Positions 52,316 through 63,899 of a stretch of 64,000 nucleotides of DNA are shown piece after piece (the stretch's first letter is position 1; every line of letters begins with the position of its first letter). The stretch lies in contig CM060733.1 in the NCBI GenBank assembly GCA_030704615.1, forward strand, positions 25,792,001 through 25,856,000, in the 5' to 3' direction. Source of the DNA: Takakia lepidozioides (taxonomy: Eukaryota; Plantae; Bryophyta). Under the pieces are notes generated by a model, which worked only from the letters and a program-made list of their open reading frames with translations, did not search any database and had not been told where the DNA came from. Made by a program: the position numbers and the translations under genes.

Positions 52316-53104
52316 CATCAGATTGCTTCAGTATCTACTAAGTTCCAATTAATCATGCATTCATTCCACAGCTTCTCTCATGTCTCTCTACACAGTATGT
52401 TTGTATCGATTCAGTATCGCATTAAGATTAATCATGTATCATGCCTATGCCATGGTGTCCCTATCTACCCTACTGTATAATTTTACAGCTTGCATGAATT
52501 AAGCCTCAATCAAGTCATCATCTCCTCTTCACTATTTCCGCTCTCCGTTACGTCTCCTCCTCTCCTGAACAAGTCGCCCTCCTCAAGAAATGATCCTCTT
52601 CCCGTTGCCGCCCTGCCTAATCTACCCGCAAGCTGTTCTAACCACCTAACTAACTAACCATCACCCCTGAAGTAACACGTTCCCTCTGCAGATGTCGTTC
52701 CCACACAGTCGTTCCCTGTCAATGATATTTGTTCCCTGTGTACACTGTGACAGGTTGTATCAAGCTGTGCCGAGCTGTGACTGGCTGTGTAAAGCTGTGC
52801 CGGGCTGTGACTGGTTGTGCGAAGCTGTGTCGGGCTGTGTCAGACTGTGTTTGGCTGTGATAGACTCTGATGGGCTATGTAAAGCTGTGTCGGGCTGTGA
52901 TTGGCTGTGCGAACCTGTGTCGGCTGTGTCAGACCGTGTCTGGCTGTGATAGACTGTGACAAGTTGTCTACCCCCCTTAAAGCCTGCGCCTGCCACCCCT
53001 AAGGCTCCCGTTGGTCTCAGTCTACCATTCATAAGTCTGCGCAAAAATTAAGGGTACCCCACAGAACCCGTAAAAGCGTCTAAGTCCCAAGTAGCCCTCT
53101 AACA
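52316..53104 (-). repeat. 5' LTR with about 200 bp of its inner end and the primer-binding site deleted
   Basis: Matches 12536-13296 and abuts gag directly at CATCAGA. Confidence 0.92.
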
Positions 53105-54055
53105 AGCATGGCATTCCATGACACCAATTTCGTTCAGCCATATTGTTGAACACTCCCTCCACATTTGGCATACATGCCCAGAGGGTATTGTTCAGAATCA
53201 CATCTGGTACATTTTCAGCTATGACGATGCGACCATGGACCTCTTTGCCTTTTTCCAGGGCTACCAGGCTTGCACACGCACTACAAATGCACAGAAACTT
53301 TATGTGGTTGGGCTTCATCCCTTCCTCCATCATTTGCTCGTAGGTCTCCACAGCCTCCATCCAGCGCCCCTGCTGTGCATATCCTCCAAGCATGGCGTTC
53401 CATGACACCACATCTTGTTCAGCCATATTGTTGAGCACTCCCTCGGCATCCTCAATGCTCCCACAATTGGCATACATGTCCACGAGGGTATTGTTCAGAA
53501 TGACATCTGGTACAATTCCAGCTTTCACGATGCAACCATGCACCTCTTTGCACATGCATTGCAAATGCACACAAACGTGATGTGGTTGGGCTTCACCCCT
53601 TCCCACATCATTTGGTCACAGGTCTCCAAAGCCACTTGCGTGCCACAACACCACCATTTCAGCCATAGCATTGAAAACTGCCTTTGCATCCTCTTTCCCC
53701 TTTTCCAGAGCTGCCAGGCTTGCACATGCATTGCAAACGCACACAAACGTGATGTGGTCGGGCTTCACCCTTCCCCCATCATTTGATCATAGGTCTCCAA
53801 AGCCACCATCCCACATCCCTGCTATGCATACCCTGCAAGCATCGCGTGCCACGACACCACATCTCGTTCAGCCATAGTGTTGAAAACTGCCTTTGCATCC
53901 TTAATGCACTTACATTTGGCATACATGTCGACCAGGGCAGTGTTCAGAATGACATCTTGTACAATTCTAGCTTTCACGATGTCATCATGGACCTCTTTCC
54001 CCTTTTCCAGGGCTCCCAGGCTTGCACATGAATTGCAAACACAAACGAACGTGAT
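53105..54055 (-). pseudogene. Upstream half of the PLS PPR pseudogene
   Basis: TLVDMYANCGSIEDA, DVVSWNAMLGGYAQQG; continuous with 12337 across the TSD. Confidence 0.92.
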
Positions 54056-56165
54056 CCAAGAGGGCTGGACTTCAAGCTCCAGATTACCTATGATTCCATG
54101 TGGATCAATAGCTACAAGAAACCTGCATGGGTAGATGGTCAAGTAAAGGTAGCAGCTGCAGCGGCACAGTTGATAAAATCAAGCACCTCAACCATGACCA
54201 CAGCTTCTGAAAGAGGATCAAGAGAGGGAGTCCACAATGCCTCTTCTGCTGGGCATGTGAAGATGCTTTGTGAGGCAGGCAGACTGACAAAGGCTCTACA
54301 ACTTTAAACTAACAAGGCATTTCAGCAGATTCAGATACGTCTTCTGTCTCTTGCTTAAGTGCATCAAGATGAAAGGTCTAGAAGCTGGAAACAGGTGCAC
54401 ACTCACATTATCCAAAGTGATTAACGCCAAATGTTTTTCTACTCAACACCCTTGTCAACATGTATGTTAAGTGTGGGAGCATCATGGATGCTCACCAGGT
54501 TTTCCACAGAATGCCTCGACCATCTTTGATCACGTGGAATATAACGTTGGCAGGATTTACCAAGCATGGGTGTGGTAGGAATGCTTTGGAGACCTATGAG
54601 CAAATGTGGACCCACACTCTATCCCTGCTCCTTCAGCTATCCATGCCTCGGCACAAATCATGCATACTGCATCCTTGCCTTGCTGCTAGCACCTGACAAT
54701 GAAAGCCTAGATTTGTTCTAGGAAACACCTATCTCAACTTATCACACTAGTTCCTATGGTCAATTGCATCTGCTACTCTGTGTAATCCAACAAGCATTCA
54801 CCTTTTTGCCTCGATTGTCCCGCCATTGCCTGGGGTCAGAAAAGTATCAGAATTCAACATGAAAATTTAGGGCCAATTCTGATAAGAGGGAAAAACAGGG
54901 TGAAATCTGTTGAAGAAGGTACCTTCATTAGCAGTGCCTGATTTTATCAATTGAGCCGCTGGTGCTGTGGCTTCCAGTTCACCATCTACCCATGCAGGTT
55001 TCGTGTAGCTCTCCTTCCACAGGGAATCATAGGTAATCTGGAGCTTGAAATTCGGCCCTCTTGGATGAATCTGGACCCACACTCTATCCCTGCTCCTTCA
55101 GCTATCCTGACCTCTACACAAATCATGCACACATCCTTGCCTTGCTGCAGCTAGCAGCTGAAGCAGCTGACACTGACGTCCTAACCCTACCTACAGTAAC
55201 ATGTCAAAATCACTCCAAAACCACCATAGATCCACCAACGAGCTTCTCCTAATCTATGTTATCTATTTTTGGATACTTTCCTGCTGCCACATCGGCAGTA
55301 ACTTGTCAAAGTCACTCCTAACCACCACAGATCCACCCAACAAGCTAACTTACAGAATTCAATATGCATCTCAGGGCCGAGTCTGATGAGAGGGTAAAAC
55401 AGGCAGAAATAGGTTGAAGAAGAAGGTGCCCTCACCACATTGTCGACCTTGACCTTGTGTCATGACCCATGGAGGATTTGACAGACCATCAACCCAAAGA
55501 TCCTCTTAGTGTGTTGCTTGTGTCCATCGTCAGGGACTGTCGGATTGGTTTGTGAGAACCACCACGGTGCAGCTGAGCAGAGATTGAAACACGGCCTGCT
55601 AAGACCAAGCTCTCTCCCAAGAACCTTGTAAACATCAGGAAGAATACCAAATCATGGTACTAACAGGAGCCAACATCCCACATTTACATGATGGACAAAC
55701 TTCTTCACATCGTACATTAAGAAAAAGCCACACCTTGCGATTGCGGTTGTCTCACCATCGTGAAGGATCTTTAAAAAACTCATGCCTGCTCTGCTCCGTG
55801 CTGCAAATTTAGGGCCGAGTCTGATGAGCGGGCAAAACAGGCTGAAAGACGTCGAAGAAGGTGCCCTCACGACATTGTCCTCGACCTTGTGTCATGACCC
55901 ATCGAGGATCTGACTGACCACCTCTTGTGTGTGCTGCTTGTGTCTGTAGTCAGGTAATGTCGGATTGGTCTGCGAGAACCACCACGATGCAGCTGAGCGG
56001 GCGGAGATTGAAACACGGCCTGCTAAGACCAAGCCGACTCTCCCAAGAACGTTGTAAACATCAGGAAGAATACCAAATCATGGTAATAAGAGCCCACATT
56101 TGCAGGATGGACAAACATCTTCACATCGTACATTAAGAAAAGCCACACCTTGCGATTGCGGTTGT
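54055..56165. repeat. Mosaic of unidentified sequence modules also found at 16.85-17.55, 22.7-22.9 and 26.9-28.0 kb
   Basis: For example ATCCAAGAGGGCTGGA..GGGTAGATGGTC and GACCCAT..AAGACCAAGC..CAGGAAGAATACC recur in both orientations. Confidence 0.85.
54250..54608 (+). pseudogene. N-terminal PPR fragment in the opposite orientation
   Basis: LCEAGRLTKAL; NTLVNMYVKCGSIMDAHQVFHRM..TWN. Confidence 0.85.
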
Positions 56166-56354
56166 CCACCCAAGCTATGCATATCCTGCAGATCCTCCCA
56201 CGCAAACATAGCAAAACGATCAAGTCCCATAACTTTCTCATCGCTGAACGCAATCCCGCAACCCTAAATTCATTTTGAATTATTTGGATGAATGTATCGT
56301 AGATGGATGGATTTTGGGTTTTCCATCAATCTATCCATCCATCCATTTAATTTT

Positions 56355-56600
56355 CCGTTCATCCAATAGTTGCCAGCAAGCCGTTTGCTTTATCGTTCAT
56401 TCATACGTTCATCCAGTGCACACAAATTATATTTCATACGTTCATCCAACAGCTGCCAGCAAGGCGTTTGTTTATCATTCGTTTAGATAATTCAGTTGTT
56501 CTGTTTCACTAACCTTTCATACGTTCATCCAATAGCTGCCAACAATGCGTTTGTTTACCATTCGTTCAGATAATTCAGTTGTTTTGTTTCACTAACCTTA
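56355..56600. repeat. About 83-bp tandem repeat, 3 copies (CGTTCATCCAATAGCTGCCAGCAA..)
   Basis: Directly visible. Confidence 0.8.
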
Positions 56601-56964
56601 ACCAGCACACGATTAGTTTACTATTAATGTGCTGGGTCAGTGAAAAAATAGTTAAATGTTTTTACTTACGTATATATTGCTATATATAGTTTATATATTG
56701 TGATTACACATGCCATTGCTTAACTGGTTGTCTCAGTCAGCTCATTTTAGGTACTCAAAATCTCTCACTACAGTCAAAATTTTCGCGGTTGTCTAGCACC
56801 TTGAATATTTTAATATAAATTTTGACTGCAAAATGGTTGGAACAGTCAAAAGTGACAACAGTCAACGCCAGCGTCAAACTAAATCGTCGAAATTACATAG
56901 GGTGTGTTGTAGTGTATGTTGTGGATCACTAAACACTTGATGTGGTGCAGGGCGTTCAAGAGCT

Positions 56965-57205
56965 TTGAGGAAACCACGGTCGAGGTTTCCCTGGCATATC
57001 ACTTAAGTGATACAATATATGTTTAGAGGAAACCGCGGTTGAGGTTTCCCACGCATATCACTTTCATCGACCGCAGTTTCCCTAGCATATCACTTAAGTG
57101 ATATAAGATATATATAGAGGAAATTGCGATCGAGGTTTCCCTGACATGATGGTATACCTTAATATGTCTGGAGGAAGCGCATTCGAGGTTTCCCTAGCAT
57201 ACCAC
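56965..57205. repeat. About 58-bp degenerate tandem repeat with palindromes GGAAACC-N8-GGTTTCC and TATCACTTAAGTGATA
   Basis: 4-5 partial copies visible. Confidence 0.8.
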
Positions 57206-58744
57206 TTTTATACCATTCCCAAATGCAAACATAATAAAAGGAACTCACCTAGTTTGCAAAGAACTCACTAAGCCAGAAAAACTCACCAAGCCCCAAACAA
57301 ACAAAACCCTCAACCAGCCGCCGCCCTAAAAGATCCTACCTCATCCATCCTAAATTCATCCCTAAATTCATCCATGGATAACAAACATGCTATGGAGCAT
57401 GTAGCATGGGGCTTCGCATGGAGCATGGGGCGCTCATAGAGCATGGGGCATGGTGAGGAAAGGGCATGGGGCCCGATAGTGGGGCTGGTTGACTGCACTA
57501 AATGGCAGAAGGCCTTATTATAGCCATTAAATATGAGTGGCTTCCTGTAGGGACAAGTCTCTCTTGAGGCTAATCCTAGATGACGAATATCCAGAGGCGC
57601 AGAGAACCAAGTAGAAATCAAGTCAGTGGCAACATCAATGCAAGTGTGGCAAGCTGGTCCACTAGGAATCACGTTGGTCTATCCAAAGTTAAATGCCAGC
57701 AAGCAGTTTTATTTATCACTGTGCTACAACAATACTATGTAATAGGAGGTAGAGTTCTACCAATGGGAGTGATTGTGTGAGAACACTTTCCACCAGACTG
57801 GAGTATGCTGCAGATTTCTTTCTTCATGGTATGATGGTTTCACTCTTGCCAATGTATCTGCTGACACATCCATATTTGTTTTTTCTTACTTTCATGGCGG
57901 CTAATGTTCCTTGGATGTCAGAGAGCAGCCAAGGACAGCAGCCAAGGAACTAATTTTAATTCTTGCACACAAAAAAGAATTGAAGTAGAGATAGATCATT
58001 AGTTGCAGTCTTTGGTTCGTTCATAAAGCCAATAGTCCTAAGTTGATAGGGAAAACTAAACGACCCTACTACTGAGCAAAATGTTGTCAGTAAAACCTCT
58101 AACCTCACTAAGCCAATTGTCCCAGACCCTAGGCCACTTGCTCCAACAACACTAACGGTACGTTCACACTTGTCGTTTGGCTACCGTCCATAAGGGCTTT
58201 GCCATAGGATTCATCGAGACTGATAGCGGTCATCATAACTACTTATCGTAATTATTTTTTATCTATCGACTTCCAAGCTAACTTCGCTCACATCTAAAGA
58301 TAAATATTGCATATCGGTAACTACTTATCGTGACTGCACTATCTCTGTTCATGAGTATGTCATCAGTAAACCACGGTATCGTTGTCATGAATGCCATTTT
58401 TTTTTCTGATACATCATACCAGTTGCTTCAATCGTCTCTTCCCTTTTTGTGTTCCATTTTTGTAGGTTTTCTGCTCATTCGGAGCTCGAGTGTTTTTCGT
58501 GCTCATTCTTGTGCATTCACCGTTTCTGCTCATTTGGAGCTCAGTTCTTGGTGTTTTATGTGCCCATTCTTATGTGATTTTGCTCATTTTTGTGCTCCTT
58601 TTTGTGTGCTCAGATCAGTTCCCATGAGGCCAAACAAAGTGATCCTTCTTGTCCAATTGCAAGCACATGATCAAATCATGTTGTGCCATGACGCTGAGAA
58701 ACACGATGATTTTATGAGAGATCTCTGGGAGCCTAAGAGCAGAT

Positions 58745-59100
58745 GAGCGTTTGAAGCGATTCGAAATTCTCTCATCCTGCATCACTTTAGGTTGTCTTCC
58801 AATTTTGAACTGCTCATGAGTAAGGAAGTAGGCGATTGGGTGAAAGCGAAGAGCACTGCGTGGTACTCAAACTTTCTTATGACACGATAATCAACGATGG
58901 ATCGAGCACTTTCGAGTGACCAGAGAGGTTGTTGTGCAATTGACAGAGCGATTGCGACCTTTAATTGAGGAAAAAAACACCAAGTATAGGGCGGCCGTTC
59001 TTGTGGGAATTAGTTTAAACTCTCCCATGGTGTAGATTATCTCCAATGTAGTGAGCTTTTTGCAATAGGGAAATCTACAGTCAATTTGGTCCTCCACGAA
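58745..59100 (+). pseudogene. Harbinger (HARBI1/ALP1-like) transposase N-terminal fragment
   Basis: Frameshifted RWIEHFRVTREVVVQLTERLRPLIEEKNTKYRAAV and LSHGVDYLQCSELFAIGKSTV. Confidence 0.8.
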
Positions 59101-62060
59101 ACCTTGGGATAGAGTTGGTGACTTCGTCCTGGGAGAGGAGAGTTTGGAGGACTACCCCACTCAGTTTTGGGTGAATATCCATTCTAAAGTGGAACCCGGC
59201 TCGCGAAAAGCACCCAGAGCCAACACATTTCTGTCCAGTATTATGTGTGCACCATCCTCAGTGCCAATGCTGTTTCAAGGTCCAGCAATGCTATCTCGCC
59301 CCTGACATCTGTGTCCTCACGTACTACAACAACATGGAGCATACAGATGCGCAAAGGAAACCCTCGCATGGGAAGTCCGCAGAGTTCAGGAACACCCGCC
59401 ACGCCTATGCACCACACATTAGCGAGGAATTGAAAGCCTGGGTCGTCGAGTGTTTGTGCCGAGGCCTGTCGGTCGCCCAAATCATGATGGAGCATAAAGA
59501 GCACGTGATGAACAACACCGGCTTGGGCGATGCATGGACCCGCGATGATTTCTTGTTGAAGCAAGATGTTCGCAACCTTGCCGAGAAACGTGCGTGGCAA
59601 ACCTTCAAAAAGCACGCCGATGATGCAGAGAGTGTGCACATGTGGAGAGACCAGAATCCTGCGTCCGTTTTTTTCTATCAAGAGGAGAAATTAGCCAACA
59701 TTCGAGCATTTTGATGGAGATTTGACATTCACTATTGGCATACAGACTCCGTGGCAGAAACGACGAATGCTGGAACTAGGACATGACCGTATCGTTGCAT
59801 GTGATGCAACCTTTGGGACAAATCATGACAAGGTACTATTCGAACGATTCCATGGACTTGTACGAGCATGATAGCATAGTACCATGCAACATTCACATAA
59901 TATTTGGTGTGCTGACCCTTTCTATATATTTTCATGTGTACGTTGCGGAAGACCGAGAGGCAGACCCACTGTGAACCGCTACAGACCTCATCACTCTTAT
60001 GAAGTCTTCTCGTGCAGAACTGAGCGGAATTTGCATGCTCTGACCATCTTACATTGTGCATTCCAACAGTTCCCATTGTACACGTTGATGGTCTTCGACG
60101 AGTGGTTGAACGGTATACCAGTTGCCTATATCCTATCCGCGAGGAATCGGACAAGAGACCTGGTTCCGTAGATGAGAGCCTTGCGCGATTCACGCCTTGC
60201 GCGATTCACTCCTCGCAAATTTGCCGAGCTGGCGACCCAATGCCTTCATTGTGGACGATGCCGAAGTAGTTATTCGGTAAGTCTGTTGGTCCACATCACC
60301 GGTCCATTGTCGAGGTCCACTGCAGCAGTCCATTGCTACAGTCCACTGGCAGACTCCTATGGCGAAACCCGATGGCAGTTCGCTGGGCAAATCCATTGGT
60401 AGTCCGCTGTCAAGTCCGGTCATCAGTCCCCTGGCAAGTCCGCTGGCAGTCCCCGGCAAGTCCGCTCGGCAGTCCGCTGCCAAGTCCGCTGCCAAGTCCA
60501 CTCAGCAGTCCCTGGGGTCGGCCGTCCGCTGCCAAGTCCGCTCGGCAGTCCCTGGCAAGTCCGCTGTGGCAGTCCAATGGGGCAGTCCGCTGATGCAGTC
60601 CGCTGCCCCAGTCCTAGCTAGGGGAAGTCCAATGGGGAAGTCCAATGGGGTTATTCCACCACATCAACGTCATGGCATTGTACTGTCCACTGGGCGAGTC
60701 CAGTGGCTCTGCCCGCTGATACAGGTCGCTGTTACAGTCCACTCCGGCAGTCCACCATTGCAGTCCGATCCCAAGACTCTAATATGTACCATGTGTGTTG
60801 TGCAGAATTGTTTTTGAAGGAGTACTCATTTTCCTCTGCCTTTGGCATGTCCGCAAGGCATGGGTGAAGCAATCATGCAAGAAAACGAAGGATCCGGTGA
60901 CCGCTGTAAACTTGTTGAAGGATATGGGAGACCTCATGTACTGTAGAGGGGGACCACGCAACGAGAAAAGAGCGCTTCGGTGGGTTGCAAGGAGAATCCG
61001 TCGTATGAGGTCAAAATACCCGAAAGGACATGAATTTCTTGACTATATCGAACAGTACTGGAAACCCAAAATAGCAATGTGGTGTACAGCAGCCCGCCAT
61101 GTCCCTCATGCGAGCCAAGACACAAACGCAAGCATTGAGGCATACCATGGAAATCTGAAGGCAAGACTTGCCATGGGGAAAGGCAAGATGAATGGTCGTA
61201 GAGTGGACTGGCTTATATGGGAACTCACTGGCCGTGTGCTAACACACTACTGATATGCAATCCATTTGAAGACCCACGGGTTCATAAGAAATGACAAACA
61301 CGGAAAGTACATATCCAGTTCTATACTTGCGGCACGAGACATTCATGCTGAGAGTGTTACTCTTCCCTTGGGTCCTGGTGAACCAGCCTACGTTCTCAGC
61401 AGCAACCACCCCGGCACAACATACATTGTTTACAATCCTGATTGCGATTGGGGTTGTTGCACGTGCCCATGGGCAATGAAGGGAAACTTATGCAAGCATC
61501 AGGTCCGTGTCCTGAAGATGCTTCACCCTGACCTGCAGGATGGCCTCCTTGTGCGCGCTTGTGGCACGGCGCTGGGAACCATTCATGGAGGATTACCTAA
61601 CTTGCTCTTGGGCAATGGTGCCGGTGGCAACGACGAATCCAATCAGTTCATGGAAAGACATCCTCCGGACGACTTCCCCTACGACGAGGCACCTCTGGAG
61701 GTCTCAGCCTCATTGGAACAAGAATTCACGGACATACTTCGCATTGTAGGTGATAACAAATACCTGGAGGCACATGCCCGATCTGCTCTTCATGTGTGCA
61801 GAGGGCAGCTCGTTGATATCCTGGCGAAAAGTGCGGCTGGAATGTTGCACCCTGCGGCAGCGAAGGCTTTCCGTCCTCTGAACGACAACAACAACATGTC
61901 TCTGAAAAAGAGACGAGATTTCGTGGAGGCCTGGAAAACCCGGCCTAGGGTTTTGTGGAGAACCAGCAAGAGGGTGTCTGCACCTGCATCTGCAGCACAT
62001 ATATACTCGAAAATTTGCAAGGTTTCAGGTCGTGTAGATGTCACGAAGAAGACAATATAA
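59101..62060 (+). pseudogene. SWIM-finger MULE transposase (similar to the plant At1g60560-type family), 5' truncated
   Basis: APHISEELK, RDDFL, IGIQTPWQ, CDATFGTN, FPLYTLMVFD..GIPVA, CLWHVRKAW, TNASIEAYH, SWIM CTCPWAMKGNLCKH. Introns 59834-60069 and 60277-60805. Stops at 59712, 60169, 61251 and a 16-bp duplication at about 60178. Confidence 0.88.
60300..60765. repeat. Intronic short degenerate repeats (GGCAAGTCCGCT/CAGTCC)
   Basis: Directly visible. Confidence 0.85.
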
Positions 62061-62337
62061 GTCTGCAATGCCTCGAAAAGAGACAAGGTTTCACGTCGTG
62101 TAGGTGTCACGGAGAAGACAATATAAGTCCGTAATTCCTCGAAAAGAGACAAGGTTTCACGTCGTGTAGGTGTCACGGAGAAGACAATATAAGTCCGCAA
62201 TTCCTCGAAAAGAGACAAGGTTTCATGTCGTGTAGGTGTCACGAAGAAGACAATATAAGTCTACAATTCCTCGAAAAGAGACAAGGTTTCATGTCGTGTA
62301 GGTGTCACGAAGAAGACAATATAAGTCTGTAATTCTT
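62006..62337. repeat. 66-bp tandem repeat, 5 copies
   Basis: CAAGGTTTC at 62018, 62084, 62150, 62216, 62282. Confidence 0.95.
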
Positions 62338-62939
62338 CTGGTAGCATTGTCCATTTCTGAAATACAAGTCCGCAATGGACTAATGCACAGTCTCCCAACG
62401 GACTCCTCCAGTCTCCCAACTGATTCCCACACAGTCTCCCAAGCATAGTCTCCCAACGGACTCACGCACAGTCTCCCAACAGAGTCACAGTTAACAGACT
62501 GCGAGCGCCAGTAAGCCAGTCTGCTGGTCAGTCTGCTGCCCACTCCAAAAGTCTGCTCACCACACTTCCACCTCATCCCTGCAACTTATGCCAATCCAGC
62601 GTCCGAGCGGACTCATGGACATGGTGCCTCCCAGACTAGGTACCAGACCCAGCAGTCCTAGCCTCGGCAGCGTACTGCTCGCACATTCAAGCTCAGCAGA
62701 CTCGGGTGCACAGTGCATGGAAAAATTGACACCATTGTGTCCATTGAGTTTAGTGACAACATTACAAAACATGCCAGCACCCACAGTACACAAAAATGCT
62801 CATCACCACTGGAATAGTAAGCGAAAAGACTCGCATTTTTTATTTCGGTACATAGACTTCACAAGACAAGTACATCATACTCATGAGAGCAGTTTCTCTA
62901 CATTGTCCAACCCCCGCACGATATACTGGGCACACTGCA

Positions 62940-63899
62940 TTCGCTGCCCAAGTGCAAACTTGAAAGTAAACCAGTCCTTCGTGAAAGGTGTTCCTCTTTC
63001 TGGAGACATTTGCTCTGACTTTTACCCACTCATAAAACACTTGAATGAATGACATGACGTAAAAGCCACACTCCCAGCTGAATGGTTGCTGGGGCACATC
63101 AGGCGCGTGGAACTGAAATGCTTGGACAATCTCATGCCACTCTGGTGAGTCCATCGAGTACCCTAAGCACTCAGCATGAAGCTTCCGAATCCACCCTAGA
63201 ACAAAGGGACATTTATGCGAGTCCCTGATAGAGTTCAGGTGAGTGTAACAGCCCTTGCGGAGGTCGATGATACAAACACTCCAGTGCCCCCTGCAATGGT
63301 ATCAAACAACATGGCGTCATTGCACAATCATGATGGGCAGACTCAGCAGACTGACACTCAGCAGACTCAATCTTCAAACCCAGTCCACTGCACAAATACA
63401 GAGGTCAACTTAATCGCTCAGAGTCAAGACGACACTGCGAAACCAGACTATGACTCAGGAGACAGTCTCAGCAGACTCGGAAGAGTTCTTACTCGTCCCC
63501 AATTGGCACCAAAATGAAATCGCACTCTTTCAAGTCTTTGCCCAGTCGTTCAGTGCTGAGGCAACCTTTCAAGACCTCCAGAAGGCTTTCATGTTGCCCC
63601 ACCCCCAATGACTTCAACACCGTCCACGTCGACGTTGGAAGAACAGCAATAGTGTTGGTGAACGCAGCCTCAACCGACTTCTCATAGAATCGACACCACA
63701 GCTCCAGGAGTCTATCTGTGCACTCCGACTCAACCTTCTGGAGCGCCTTTATGTCATCCGGCGACAGTCCGCATTCAAACCGTGGGTCCCCTTCAAAAAA
63801 CATCAGCATGGAATTACCCGCCTTCACGTGCAGAGCATGTGCTTTGCCAAACCGAGCACCCATCCTGCACAGAGCAGACCATCCTTCGGGAAGCCTCAT
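62940..63899 (-). CDS. Ulp1-like (C48) SUMO protease domain, multi-exon, probably MULE-borne; boundaries approximate
   Basis: DFILVPIGD(E) spliced across intron 63492-63291 to GHWSVCIIDLRK..LNS..VPQQPFSWECGFYV, giving catalytic His, Gln and Cys. Confidence 0.85.

Larger units (their letters stand above)
12338..53104 (-). mobile_element. Compound Ty3/gypsy LTR retrotransposon locus (two related elements, A and B) inserted in the PPR sequence
   Basis: TG...CA ends with 5-bp TSD AGCAT (12333-12337, 53105-53109). Removing it restores the PPR sequence tgcaAGCATggcattccatgacacc. Domain order PR-RT-RH-INT. Confidence 0.93.

Noticed and set aside
58153-58175. Left TIR of the Harbinger fragment (TAA-CGGTACGTTCACAC)
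   Set aside because: Plausible, but no right TIR is present to confirm it.
60190-60817. Ser/Pro/Ala-rich ORFs
   Set aside because: They lie in a GT-AG intron made of short repeats.
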